The notes under the pieces were generated by a model, which did not search any database, had not been told where the DNA came from, and worked only from the letters and a program-made list of their open reading frames with translations. Below, in pieces: positions 21,958-37,189 of a stretch of DNA of 64,000 nucleotides; position 1 is the first letter of the stretch, and every line of letters begins with the position of its first letter. Source of the stretch: Moniliella sp. 'wahieum' (lineage: Eukaryota); NCBI GenBank assembly GCA_003971905.1, contig RSEE01000096.1, positions 1 to 64,000 on the forward strand, read 5' to 3'. The position numbers and the translations under genes were made by a program.

Positions 21958-22419
21958 TGTCACGGGGCGATGCACAGCACAGTCACCGGAAATAACCCGT
22001 TGGCGCCGCCGCTGCTTATCGTTCGCTCTTGGCTTCTAATCGGTTCGATGGCCGATGTTTCGCGTTTGCGGATCGACGGGAGCTATCAGCCGCGTGGTCT
22101 CCAACAGACCACAGTTAGGCCGCTTGCCTATTGTACAACCTGTGGGCCTTTGCCTGCCTATATAAAGACCCGCTCTGTACTAGGAATGCATAGAGGCAAG
22201 CGACCAATCGTCTTGTCCTACGTCCACCCTCAGCGCCACCTTCTCCAGGACTCAGCTTAGGAACGCTATCGCTAGGAAGGCAGAGGGGAGGACATCCCTT
22301 GGGTACGAAGCTCGTGCTTCGGGCCTGCAACTGGTCCCCTTGCCTGGCGAGCCAGAAGGCCGGCCCCTTGTGCCCCCGTCGGGCGAGGTTGTCACCGCCC
22401 GGGAGGCCACACCGTTACA
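21958..22419 (+). mobile_element. Solo LTR (462 bp), second family
   Basis: TGTCACGG...CCGTTACA ends (7/8 inverted); flanks TTCAC / TCCAC (5-bp TSD with one mismatch); internal TATATAAA at about 22159. Confidence 0.75.
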
Positions 22420-23569
22420 TCCACGTACAAGCGTAAGGAGGCGATGAGATGGAATCAGAAGGTGGAGCATCTTCCCGTCTGTGCGCAGTGGATGTGTGTC
22501 TCCTGAAGAGCGATGGCTTACAGATGACGTCGACGACGTCTCTTATATGTATATCTCCTCTCAGATCTCAGATCTCGTCCTCAGAGCCACTTTAGTATGT
22601 AGGCACGTAACTCTCTGTATAATTACCTGTTGGGTTCTGTCTTCCTTTCTCTTACTGTGTCTCGGGCCCTTGTCCTGTCAATCTCGCATTAATTAGAGTA
22701 AATAGGCATCAATTCCTGTTTTTCGTAAGAACCACCATTTCGTGCGCACCGCCATCGCGTCTTGGAAAGAGTCGAGCAGTGCGTGATCTCCCCCCGTCCG
22801 GCAGTTGATGGCTCCCAACGGGCATACTTTCTCATCGATCATCCCCCTCCTCTTCCCTCATCATTCTCCCTCATCCCCGTCGGTCCCTCTCATCTCGCAT
22901 CTCTCTCATATCCACCCCACGCTACACTGCATCAAATTAAATGATTGAACCTTCGCTTCAAAGAAGGTGGAGATGCATAGTAGACCGTACAGTTGAGGCG
23001 TCGTATCGATATCGTATAGGCTTCTGAGTGTTGTATTGTCCAAGAGAATGGAAAGGTAGGTAGTCTATCGCCGTACCGGTAACGAAAAAAGAAAAAGAAA
23101 CGGGCAACAAGGCGTAGTCGTGGCCTTTTGGTACCTTGGGTGGTACACAGTAGTAGGCCGGCTAGGCGCGATCCCCAGATTCAGCACGACCAGACGCAAC
23201 ACAACTGGGTAAATGCGAATACAGTATGCCTAGGGGACGATGCGTACCCGAGAGAGGCAGATGAAACGAGGTTGAGGTCCGTCTTATAGGCAGAGAGAGG
23301 CCCGTGATGCGTGACGCGGCCGGGTATACTTCGCCAAAAAAAAAGAAACCTCCCGTCGCCATCCCCACACGGCCCGTTGCTTCCTTCCTTCTCCGCTTGC
23401 CCCGACAGACCCCCACAGTAGGTGAGTGCGACCAAAGGCATCGTTCCGCAGGAAGAAGCACTGCTCAGGGCGGAGCAGAACAGAAAGGAGACGGAAAGAG
23501 AAGGTCACCCCACGAAGGACAGAGCAGGAGCACAGCGCTCTATCACCGGATCACCACGAGGTCAGTTGT

Positions 23570-24371
23570 TCAGTTGTTGCATTTTTTCTTGTAAATAATA
23601 TCTTCTTGGCGTGCAATCATGGCTAGCGTGGTTATAAAGACGGTATCCACATAGGGTGGTACTGTATGACCAAACGAAGGCAGTGTTAGTAAGGACGAGG
23701 GGTGGTGGAAAGGAGGGCAGGAGAGGAGAAGTGGAGGAAGGAGGACGAACCAGTTACGACAGCTCGGTTGCCAAAGACAGGTTCTTGGATCGACGCAACA
23801 ACCGTGTCGTCGGGGGCTAGGAACTCCCACAGACCCGAAAAGTGGTGTCGGTGCAGTTTGTACGTTTGTGTGGGGGGCGGGGCCGAGGAGGAATAAGAAG
23901 AAGAAGAGGGGGAGGCGCCAGCGGGACACTGGGCCCAGTTACGAAAGGTAACGCTCATGTCGCGCGAGTTGAAAAGGGTAAAGTAAGGTCGGCTCAGTTC
24001 GCAGAGCACATCGCCCGTGCGGGGATCCGACAGGACCCAGTTACCCTCGATCCCGGCCAGACTGGCCTTGCTCTGGCGCGCGATGAGCAGGGGCGCGTGG
24101 GTGCGCGTGTCTTGCACCAGGTACTCGCCCGCGCGGAACACAGCCGTGTACTCGTGCGACACGCTCTTCCACTGCAGCACGGGGGCGCGGGTGGCCTGGT
24201 CTGTCGCATAGAGCTTGGAGGAAAACGCCACCTTGCCCGAAAGCTTGATGCGCTGCGGCTCGCGGTGCTGCGCCCAGGCGGGGAAGAGGCCGATGGGGGT
24301 GGGTGGGAGCGCGACGCGAACTTGGTGTAGGGGGGGGGCGAGGCAGCACATTTGGCGTCGGAACGAAGCAT
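23570..24371 (-). CDS. LURP-one-related / Tubby C-terminal-like protein
   Basis: Beta-strand-rich core (RIKLSGKVAFSS..YLVQDTRTHAPLL..WVLSDPRTGDVLCELSRPYFTLF..FLAPDDTVVASI). The last exon, VPPYVDTVFITTLAMI, matches the V.PxVD..FI..L C-terminal helix of the family. Intron at about 23750-23662; one frameshift near the 5' end. Confidence 0.65.
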
Positions 24372-24386
24372 GATGCGAGATGGGGG

Positions 24387-24463
24387 TCGGATGGGAGTCG
24401 GATGGGAGTCGGATGGGAGTCGGATGGGATGGGAATGGATGGGCTGGATGGGCTGGATGGGAT
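24387..24463 (+). repeat. Short tandem repeats (GTCGGATGGGA)4 and (GATGGGCTG)n in the 5' region of the LURP-like gene
   Basis: Read directly from the sequence. Confidence 0.9.
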
Positions 24464-25846
24464 GGTTGTGATGGGACTCTATAAACAAGAGGAGCAAAAG
24501 TAAGGACAGCAGGAACAAGTAGGAACGACGGGAGTACGTAGCGGCTAGGACAGGAGCGACGGCCGGTGAGGTCACCGGTGAGCAGTTCGCTCTGCGAGAC
24601 CATGACGTCGGTTGCCACGGGAGTCCGCCGGCCCACGTGGGTTAGTAAAACGCTGCGCGGGCAGCTCTTGCGTCGTGGACTTCGCGCCCGCACACGCTCG
24701 CCGGGTGTCGTGGGCAGCAGACCAGACGATACGAGGGGTCGCCTGTAAAGAAGAATGGAATGGGGTGGTGCGGAGAGGACGGAGTGGTGGTCGCCCCACA
24801 GGAGGGACAAAGAGAAGGACCGCAAGGGGGAGGTCGCGCGCTCGCGCGAGCTGCCCGCTGCGCCCCCAGTGCAATATGGGGCCCACTGCGCCAGCTGGGC
24901 AAGCTATCTATCTACGTCACACAGCCTGTCGCTCGTGCGGTGGCTGCGGTGGCGTTCCACTCAGTACTCATGGCACCTTCAAGCTTCAAGCTTCACGCGT
25001 CACGCGTCACGAGCCCCTGTTAGCGGACCTGTGCAGTGACGCCATCCTGGATACACGAGCCGAAGTACGCTGTATGACCGTGACACGCGCGTGACAGCCA
25101 ATCAGACAGACAGACACAGAGGGTGAACCAGATTCTCGAGCAGCACCTTCGTTGCTACCTGTGGATGCGCAGCAGTCTAACTGCGTTGATCTTCTCTAGG
25201 CCGTAGCTCGGAAGGCGAGTGTCGCAGCCCAGATGCGGTATCGGACCTACGCTACGGAGATCAGCATCGCACCGAGGCCGACTCCTTTCATGTTGGTCAA
25301 CATGGTTTGGTCCGTCGCGGTGGCGGTACCTGCCTGCTGCCTCTTGTTTCCCTCTTGTTTCCTCCCACGAAGAATGGTCTTGCCATTTCCCCTGCCTCTG
25401 ACAGCACCTTGGTCTCCCTTGTCTAGCCCCGACGGTTTCATCCAAGAGAATCCGGCTACATGCTTGGTGTCAGTAATCCACCCTCTTCTCGAACGTCGCC
25501 GTTCCGCAGCCGTCAGATAGACGCCACGTGTGAGTGGGGGGAGGTAGAACACAGATCAGATTTCCAAAAGACATCATATACAAAGGCAACATTTTCTTCA
25601 CGGGTACACTAATCATCGGTACATACATTCTTGGCAAAGCCTTTACTCTCGCCCACACATCATTCATGTGCCGTGTGTGCGGGGAGGGAGATCAAGACGC
25701 CAATCGTCCCTTGGGGAATTCGCACATCCCGATGCACGAGCCCACGCGTGCACAGTACAAAGCAAGAAACCGAACGGGAGTGCAAGACCCGACTTCTTTT
25801 CTTGCTTCTCGGTTGGGGGGGTCTCGCACCACTAACGGTGACCTTA

Positions 25847-27622
25847 TTATGGCACGTTTCCCTGGGCATCAGGTCGCGTCGGTTCGTACAGGTTAATATC
25901 TCTTGTTATCACAGGAAGCAGGGTCACTCCCCACCGCGATTCCTTCTTACGTTGCACATCCGATTTAGTGTGGGTGGAGCGCCAGGTTGTCCAGAGTGCG
26001 TTGCGCATGCGCGGACGCTGAGCGCGAGCTTGCTCGGCAGCCTCCAGAATCTCCACTTCTCCTGTGCACATGCAATCGCCTCCCGAAGCAGGGCCAGTCT
26101 CCTGCACAGCCGACAGGCTCGGCTCGGCGGGATCGGTAGGCGCAGAAGCGCAAACGGGATCCTGAAACAGGGGATGAGAGGTATTAGTGTCGATCTCCAA
26201 GGGAGAGACGCAGTTGTGCTTGGAGTCGGACGGGATGGGCTGAACGGGATCCGGATCCAAGGGAGGGGGCGGGACCGGTATAACGGGTTGGCCATTGATA
26301 CTCACAATCCGTCTTGATCTACTACTTCGGTGGCCGACCTGGGACGAGGAGCACTGCCCACGTTCTTTGGGGGTCCGCATCCGCTCTGTCGTGTGCGCCG
26401 GGTTGTAGTTGGGGAAGAGCGTGGCGAGCGTGGGATACCGTTCCCGCGTCTGCCCCTCCTGGGGAGGGAGGATCAATGTAGGCGGGCGCCGGGGTGCTTG
26501 AACAGCGCGCGAGGTATACCGCCCCCGGTCCAGCACCGTGGGGGAGGTGGGAATGTCAGGACGTGCTTCGCCCGAGGGAGAAGGTATAGACAAACTTGTC
26601 TTCCTCTGCGAGGGGGCACAACGGGGCGGGACAAGTGAGACCTTAGGGGTTCGTCCAGTTTGCCTACGGGTAGGTGGAAAGCCCGAGGTGCGCGAAGAAA
26701 GTGGTCGTGGACGCGCAAGGATGGAACCGGTAGAGTGGCGATTGGCTGGGCCGAAACAAATTGGGGAAAGCTGATCGAACCTTCTCCTTCAAGATCTTGC
26801 TCAGACAGAGCTGAGAAAAAGCTGTTGTTCCCTACCGTGGAGGTTTCCCAGTCGTTCCTTCCCAAGGACGAATCCGTCCGATCCGACACGCACACTGACA
26901 TTGGCACGGACTCGAATTCTGACTCTGGTGCCGACTCAGAAGCAGAACGGTGACACCCCGAAACGGAGGTCTTGCCCATCCCCCTACTCGAAAGAGAAAC
27001 AAGATCCGTCGTGCTCGTACCATGAGGTGGGGAGGATCCAGCGTGAGGTCCAGTAGGTACGGCCGAAGGCAAATTCGCTTGGACGGTAGGTGCAGGTACA
27101 GGCTCTGGGGATGGGATCCGCTCAGGTTCCCATCCAGAGCCATCATCCCGCCCAGGACAGGACGAGTCGAACGTGCCCAGGCTTGCCGATCGTGGACCAC
27201 AGACTCGGAGGGGATTACAACAGACCACGACGGTCTGTTCCGGTGGGAGGCAGTGGAAGATGAGTTGTCCCTGTTGGTCTGGCTGTTCCATCCCGCTGGA
27301 CACGGCTAGATCTTCATCCTCGCCGTTCTGGCTTAACGAACAGAAACTTTGTTCCAACCGAAGCATCTGGGCCGCTTCCGGGTTGGACCCGTCTTCATCC
27401 TCCTCGTCATAGTCCACTGCATCGAAAGGGGAGAGGGCCGACCAGTGTGTATGCCTCAGATGGGGTGTTGATGGCATGGACCCGAGGGGGGGGCAAGCGG
27501 AGCGGATGGTGACCCAGCGCCCCAGACAGAGAGTCGGCGCCTGGGGCACGCACGGAGCAAGGCAGCAGTGCCATGATGGCATACTTGCCCTCCCGGTGCG
27601 CCCCACTGGGCATGGTGCTCAT
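25847..27622 (-). CDS. Hypothetical Ser/Pro-rich protein
   Basis: Long overlapping minus-strand ORFs (377 aa at 26473-27606, 248 aa at 25847-26593) with protein-like acidic and Ser-rich content. ATG at 27622, divergent from PAP1. No domain recognised; the 3' end is uncertain. Confidence 0.45.
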
Positions 27623-28241
27623 GCGGCTGATTGAGGTGGAGTCGGGTTGGAGTGGTGGACGTACGCGCCCCCCACGCGGGAGATAGTGGTGGGGAGGTGA
27701 GAGGCGGTACAATAATAATAGGCAAACGCAGGCCCCCTTGGCTGCGCCACGAGAGACCAAAGGGGGACGGAGAGGAGGGGCAGTGGTGGTGGGGGGGAGG
27801 AGGAGGCGGGGGCAACTCGCCGGAGCGATTGGATCTGCTCCATCGGGCAGGCAGTGTGCGGGTGGATAATGGGTGCGCCTGTCGATCTATCTATCTATCT
27901 ACTGCTGGGATCTCATGTGCCTACCCCGCACTCTCCTTTTCCGGCAAGAGCCAGCGCGAGTGTGCCCAGCGCGACGCATCATGCATCAGACATCATGCAT
28001 CGCCCATCCTGCCCCAGGCGACGCATCGTGGTTCCGCCTCTTGGCGGAATAGGTGCCGGCACTGCTTACCTCACGCCCGCCACGCCCCCCCTAATGGCTG
28101 CTGCTGCTGCTGGATTGTGGTTGGGCGTGCGTGCCATCACCACCGCCACCGTTTCTGCTGTTGCTTGCGTGTTGCCTGCCTGTGCCTGCCCCCGCAGTGC
28201 GCCTACTGTCTCCGTTTCTTGGTTCCTTGGCAGCGTCCCCA

Positions 28242-30225
<1,984 letters not shown>

Positions 30226-30840
30226 CGGCGACCACGCCAGCCGAAGCAGCCGCAGCGGTTACGAGTTAGAAATGTGCTTGCTGTGGATGGATATCTGTGT
30301 AGTTGAGAAATACGATATGCTTCAGGTAGGACCACTACTACTTCAATGACATGAACATGAGGAGAGCGCCTGCCAGCAGGTAGGATGAGGCGGGGGCTTG
30401 TGCGGGGGGCTGTAGATGAGGGGCTGTTTTAAAGGCAGCTGCATGATCATGATGGTAACCGCTGTGTGAGCGGGGGCGAGCTATTTCCTATCTAGTTGTG
30501 CGAGCTCGCATGTATGCAGGAAAGCAGGAAAGCGTACTATGAGGGTGCGAAACCAGATTCGATGCGTTTTGTGGCATGCAGTGCGATCCAATTTGATGTC
30601 CACAGAAAACCAATACGCGACGACGGGAATATGCTGCAACAGGAACAGGCGACTCGTGCGGGAGCGGGGCGAGCAGAGGAGCCAGGTGCCGAGGGAGAGG
30701 CCGGCTTTTGCGATGAAGAATGAGCGTGAGGGAGCAGGAAAGGTAAGAGGAAGCAGCAAATGTGAGCCACAGGCCAGGGCGATCTAGGGTATGGGAGGAG
30801 GATGAGGTGGTGGAGGAGGAGGGGGGGGGAGTGATGACGT

Positions 30841-31917
30841 CTAGTTGTCAAAACATCATCTTCTTGCCCCACTACGGCCGCCAAACCCACCCCGTCCACC
30901 GCCACGGCCGCCAAACCCACCGCGGCCCGCACCGCGTCCACGCCCACCAAACCCGCCGGGCGGCCACCGCCGTTGCCGCCCTCGCGGTTACGGGGAGGAA
31001 GCATAGTCCAAGCGAATGGGACGACCCTTGATGTCGGCGCCGTTGAGGGCTGCGAGCGCTGCCGTCGCCTCGTCGACCGAGCCAAACTCAATGTAAGCAA
31101 AGCCCTTGGGCTTGCCCGAGTTCATGTCGGTAGGCAAGCGGACGCTGGCTACCGAGCCGTGCGGCCAAACGCGTCGCGCAGGTCACCCTCCTCGGCGGAC
31201 CAGGCCAAACCACCAACAAAGGGGTGGCAGAAGGGTCGGAGGCAGGACGGCGGGTTGTCGCGCTTTTCGCGCGGCTGGGCGGGGTCACGCGGAGCACGTT
31301 GGGTGGCAAAGTCGACCCGGATCGCACGAGTCCACCTCGTGGCCTGCATCGTCTCTACCGCCTTCTTGGCCTCGGCAACCGAGGAAAACTCAACGTAGCC
31401 AAAGCGCGCGGAGAACGGTGCGAGTCGCGCGTCCAACTGCAACGCGCCGCCTTGACCGTGCCCACGTTGGCAAAGATCCGCCCAAGCCACTCGTCATCCA
31501 CGTTCCACGACAGCTGGCCAACAAGATGTTGGCCGGCTCGGCATCGGCATCGGTAGCTGCGTTGGTAGCGGGCGAGTCGTGCTCAGTGACCTTGGCGGTC
31601 TTGTTGCTGATCTCCTCTCCGCCTCGTCCTCCGCCTTGCGCTCTTGGACTCGGACTCGGACTCGGAAACCGACGCGTCCGAGGCGAGCTCGCCGACTCCT
31701 CCGAAGCAGGCGAGGCAACCTTGGTCTCCTCCTCCGATGCGTCGATGGCCTCCTTGTCAGCCTCGGAGGGCACCTCGGTCTTGCTCTTTGCTCTCTTGCT
31801 GGCCTTGTCAGTCTCTTGTCGGCCCTTGTCGGTCTTTTCGGCCTTCTTGGCAGCCTTCTTCAGGGCCTTGTCGTCCTGGACCGGGGTGGCGGTGGCGGTA
31901 ACGTCCTTCTTGCCCAT
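30841..31917 (-). CDS. NSR1: Nucleolin-like nucleolar protein (Nsr1/Gar2): Lys/acidic N-terminus, 2 RRMs, RGG tail
   Basis: MGKKDVTATATP.., VGQLSWNVDDEWL, FGYVEFSS..AKKA, FVGGLAWSA, VRLPTDMNSGKPKGFAYIEF, GRPIRLDY and GGRGGFGGRG repeats, reconstructed across frameshifts. Confidence 0.93.
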
Positions 31918-32304
31918 GATGGTTCGCAAACGAAATGGAAATGTGGGGTGGAGGTGAGCAGCAGGGACAGCAGTGAGGCTGCGCGTGGTTTATATGCGGG
32001 TGCAAGGGGCCATTCAACAGGGCCCGCAGGAAAAAAATTAGGATCGGTTCAACGCGAAACTTTGACCTCTTGTTGCGGGGGCGGGTGCAAGTTGCAATCT
32101 TCCATGCGGATGGAATCTCTAGACCACGTCCATTTCATTGACAGAGCTTAAGGCGGGACAGGGGGAACGCTACGTCTAAACCTAACCGTTCATCTTGCGG
32201 GGGTCGGGGTGTGCACCACTCTTTTACATTAGCATTGCGTAAGCCACCGGGGCGCAGCCAGCCACCCCAGCCACCCCAGCCAGCGCGTATCGGTGATATT
32301 ATAA

Positions 32305-32410
32305 CTACGGTGGCGAAGGGGGGAACGGTGGCTAAGGTGGCGACGGGGGACCGGGGGAGGGAACGGTGGAACTAAGGTGGCGAAGGGGGAACGGTGGCTA
32401 CGGTGGCGAC
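32305..32410 (+). repeat. Degenerate direct repeats CTA(C/A)GGTGGCGA..GGAACGGTGG
   Basis: Four CTAMGGTGGCGA and three GGAACGGTGG units lie in the NSR1/oxidase intergenic region. Confidence 0.75.
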
Positions 32411-33452
32411 GCAGCAGACCGGGCCGTAGGCCCGGTGGCCTCCTCGTTGAAATTGAGATAACCCACAAAAGAGGCCCGCTGCGCCGCGCTCATAGAAGGG
32501 CCGGCTTGAAGCTTGACGATCAACGCCTAAGGATGGAGATGAGCGGATGGAGCGAGCCCCTCGCATGCGCTTTCTGGAGTTGTGTGTGGCTAGGCGCGGG
32601 GTGTGGTCTGTGCGAAGGGGCTGGCCTGCAGCGGCCGAGATGCCGCTGGGGAGCGCCGACAAAAAAAACAGAAAAAGAGCCCCCGCGCCAGGAGGAGCAC
32701 AGGCGCACACCGACGGGCATCAGGGCAGGCAGCCGCACGTGACCAGCAGCGGTACCCAATGGTTACTCGAAGGAGAGCGCACGGGGAGAATGCATCATGC
32801 TCGGGCGAATGCTCCGGCTGCGGCAGGGCTGCAGGGGACGATCAGAGGGGGTGTGTGCATCTGCTCCACACGGGCGCCGCCCTCCCATGGCAGCTGGACC
32901 GCGTCGATCGCTGGTAGGGAGCCGGCAGCCGGTAGGAGCGCATCAGCTCAGCAGCCGCGCCGTGACAGTGGCGCCGGCCGCCCCCGCCGGCTGGCTGCAT
33001 GCCCCCCAGCAGCAGAGCATGTCCGACGCCCACACCGCCAATTGTATAAGCGAGCGGCCAACATCGGCTATATCGAACAGGCAAGCAAGCGGCCGCAGCA
33101 TTCTGCCGTCCCCGACGCAGGGGGGGTGGGGGTTGGGGGGCGCGGTGCAGGTGCAGGCGCAGGCGCAGGCACACGCACAGGTACAGGTACAGGTACAGGT
33201 ACAGTGGCCCACACCACCCACCGCACAGCACAGCACAGCTCTCAGCCGCCCGCAGCGCCCTGTATACTCTGTGGTTGTGTTGTACAGCGCATGAACAGAA
33301 CAGCAGGTGCATCCGCTCCCGGTGCCCCTTATAACCCGCGCGTCCGCCCGTCCCCCTCGGTTCCCCCCCCCACCCGTCCCACCCCTCCTCCCACAGCACG
33401 ACCTTCTTTCCCCGCCTCACTCCTTCTGGCCCGCCCCAACCATCCTCCTCTC

Positions 33453-36221
33453 ATGCTGCTCCCTCACCCCCTCCTCCGCGCCGGCGCCCTCGCCCTCGCC
33501 TCGGCCTCAGCGCCGCTCCCCTCCCTCCCTCGCCGTCCCCATCCAGGGCCAAGTCCGTGCCCCGCCCGGCGCTGCCCTCCTCTACCCGGCCAAGCAGGCA
33601 CGCGCCCCCTCCCCGGCGACGACGAGTACACTGCTCCCCGCGTCGGCGGCATCAAACCCCCCAATGGCTACATCGTCCGCTCTCCGGACCCCATCCAGGG
33701 CCCCCTCGTCGGAGGTGACTCGCCCGCGATGGGCTTTGTCACACGCCAAATTGTCGACCCCAAGATCTACAACGAGTCCAACTTCCCCGTTGCCGACAAG
33801 GAGTTCAACCTCACCGTTACACGCGATTGGTATGCTCCAGGTACGTATCATTATATGCACTCCTTTTCCTTCTCCTCACATTCTGCACCGTCTTGTACCC
33901 CTTATTCCCATAAGGAAGAAATGTTCTGACTCGGGCAATTGTGCATACACAGACGGCTATGGACGTATTCACTATCTGATCAATGGCCAATACCCCGGAC
34001 CTCTTCTCCTTTGGGACGAGAACGATTGGGTCAAGGTTCAAGTAACCAACAACTGCAGCAACCCTTCACGATGCACTGGCATGCATCTGGCAAGTCGGCA
34101 CTCCCCCAGATGGACGGTGTGCCCGGCGTCAACCAATGGAACATCCCCGTCGGCGAGACATACGTCTACTACTTTCCAGCTGCTGAAGCAACACGGCGCC
34201 TACTGGGCTCACACCCACAATCAAGTACGTTTCTCTCTCTCCTAGAGTCTCGATCGCGACACCCTCTCTATGCTGCCTCGCTTTGGCCTCCTTCTTCCCC
34301 TCCCCCCAAAAAAGAGAAGCATCACTGACTCTCCATTTGGTTTTCTTGATTAACTACGACAGGGCTACTACTCTGATGGTCTTCGTCTGCCCATTTACAT
34401 TCGTCCCAAGGCCGGTACCAAGAAGCCATGGTATCTCATTTCAAACAACACCAACGACATTGCCGCGATGGAAGCAGCCGAGCAAAACTTGGCCTCAACT
34501 GGCGTACCGACGAATGGCATGTCACCGCCGAAGAGATGGAGCTCACGTGCACGCCACGGGTGTCCCACCTGCATGCATGGATGCACTCCTGACCAATGGC
34601 CGGGCCGTCAGTTCTGCTTTAACAACTGGACCGCTGTGGCCAGCCGGTGGAATCGATCCTCTACAACGCAACAAGGACATCAACAACGGCTGGTCGTCCA
34701 AGGGACATTTCGCTCGTCAAGGCCAAGCCTGGCTTGACACGGTCAAAGTCTTTGACCAATACTATGGCGGAAAGTGGCCAAACACGACGGCTCCCATCAC
34801 GGTGACAATGCAGGGCGGCGCTCAAGGCCGGAAGGAAGTACTTCAACCTGCAAGTGATTGAAGCTACGACCAATTGGTTGACGGATTCAGTGTGGATAAT
34901 CACAACGTTTGGCTCGTCGCCGTCGACGGACATTATGTCATTCCGAAGTTGATTCAATTTGCTCAGCTCACCATCGGGAGCCGGCTAAGCTTCATGATTG
35001 AGCTCGACAAGAGCAAGGCCTACAAGGACTGGCCCATCCGCTTTACGGGTGTGCGTGCATTGCAGCCAATCGAGGGTTACGCCCTCTTGTCGTACAATGA
35101 GACAGCTGGCGAAACGGTGGACCTGAGTGTGGACGAGGGCTTCAAGCACTTGACTGACCGCGTCAACGCCTCCGTCACCATGGGTGGTCTGGTCAACAAG
35201 ACGGCACTGGAATGGGTTCAGGCAGAGGACGAACCGTTCGACTTGGAGTGGAAGGTGCCTCAAACGTCCAATGTGACCCTGCATGCATTTGCGGCACAGA
35301 ACTCGCTCAACGTGTGGCAGGTGGCTGAACAGCCGTTGAGCACGGTCAAGACAGACAGCATTCAGCCAGTCATGTTCCAACTGCTTAACAACGGTGGCGA
35401 TATCTCCAAGATCAACACGACCATGCTTCCTCTCAGCCCCAAGATCCCGATGGGCGCCGTGGTCGATATCGTGATTCACAACCCAGCTCTCTCCATTGTC
35501 GGCAAGAGCAACAGTCCGCACCCGTTCCATCTCCACGGCCACAAGTTCTGGGTCATCAAGGCTGCCACGGGACCCTTCACCTACGATACAGTGGCTGATG
35601 CGATGAAGGGTGGACTCAACTTTTCCATGGTCAACCCTCCGTTCCGTGACGGGTTTGATGTGACGAATGACGGCTATGCTATCATTCGCTACATTGCGGG
35701 TGTGGGCCCCAACCTCCTTCACTGCCACATTGGTACGTCTCCCCCCCCTCCCCCCCTATTGTGTTCCCACTCTTGGTTCGCTCGTTTTACTGACACTTTC
35801 TCCATTTCTGCACACAGACGACCACTTGGTCCAGGGGATGGCCTCTGTTTTGCTTGAAGGCTTGGACCAAATCCCTCAAGGTGCCTTTGCGGCGAAATAT
35901 ACGGACAAGCCCAACAACTGGCGCGAGACGAACCAGGAGCCTGTCCCGATCGAGCTGGACAAGAGCTGGAACACGGCCATCGTTAACGACCTGATCTACC
36001 CCACTGTCAACCCAAGCAACCCTTGGGGCGACCCTCGTGTGGAAGGCCAGTCGGCCCAAAGCCTGGCGTCCAAGGTCTCTGTGTCGCTCAACCACTCGGC
36101 CATCTCGGCTCTGTCGGTCGCCTCAACAGCCAAGCCGACAACCCCACCGGAGTACACGTACATCAACCCCATTGCCGCCCGCAACACGATTGTGCAAGGC
36201 GCGACCAAGCTGGCGGTGTAA
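33453..36221 (+). CDS. Secreted multicopper oxidase (laccase-like, AA1)
   Basis: Copper motifs HWH(G)..PQMDGVPGVNQW, YWAHTH, HPFHLHGHKFWV and LLHCHI|DDHLVQGM, plus INGQYPGPLL and VAVDGHYV. Introns near 33841-33951, 34225-34361 and 35733-35817. Confidence 0.95.
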
Positions 36222-37189
36222 AGCAAGGTATATGCTGTGTTTATGTCTCTTCTTCCGCCAATTCCCCTCCCCTTCTCGCTCTTTCCAAGGGAGACTACAT
36301 TCTCCTGTCATGTTCCCATTCCCTTTTGTCCTGCTTTCCTTCTCTCTACGTGTTCCCATGTTTGATAAGCACATTTCTCTTCCATTCGGCTCTTGCGTGT
36401 TCAATCGTTGGTGCCTCGTCATCGCCATCAGGTGCAGGATGCGATGGTGCGATGGAACGATGAAGCGCATCACGCTGTCGTTTTGGTGGGATGGGGATGG
36501 GGGGTGAGGGTTGCATTTCAGTTCCTCTTGCAGCCAATCCGTCCCAATCAAGGGGCATATCATGCTTGCCTGCTCCCTCCCTTTCCCCTCCCCCCACCCC
36601 CCGGCGCACTCCCCCACTAACGTTGTTTTTTCGCCCACCCCCGAATGTTCTTTTTCCATATCACTGTTGGGGGCGTTGCACAGACTAGCATGTGGTAGTC
36701 TGCTGCGGCCTTCCTGTGATGCTGAGCTTATGAATTGTTTCTCCTCGTCTTGGAGGGACGGATTTGGACAGAGATAGAAAGGTCAGGTCTCGATCCTTTG
36801 GAAAAGGGGGAAGTGGCTCCCCTCATCGAGAATGCGGGCTAGAATGAGTGGTATGATGCCAAGAAGTGGGAACAACCAGCGGAGAAGCAGACGCTAAGCG
36901 CTTCCCTTACTATAGCCCATGGGTACTAGTACTAGTAAGGATGCTATACTTGTTGCATTGGCTCACTTGCTTGGCTGGCGTCTTACCCTGGCGTGAGCGC
37001 CCATTCCAGATGATTGATGCGTGCCAACCCAGGCCCACTATGGCGCTACACAGGGGAAACGAAGAAGACAAAACGAAAGAAAAAGTCCGTACAGTAACTA
37101 CTTGTCCTTGTAGGCCAACCGAATATTAGCCTCGGGCGCACTGATCGCCCATCGAGCTCACTCTAGGGCCACACTACGAGTAGCCAGAT

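Noticed and set aside
30350..30730. snoRNA between PAP1 and NSR1
   Set aside because: No properly paired C (RTGATGA) and D (CTGA) boxes with a terminal stem were found; it is likely just convergent 3' UTRs.
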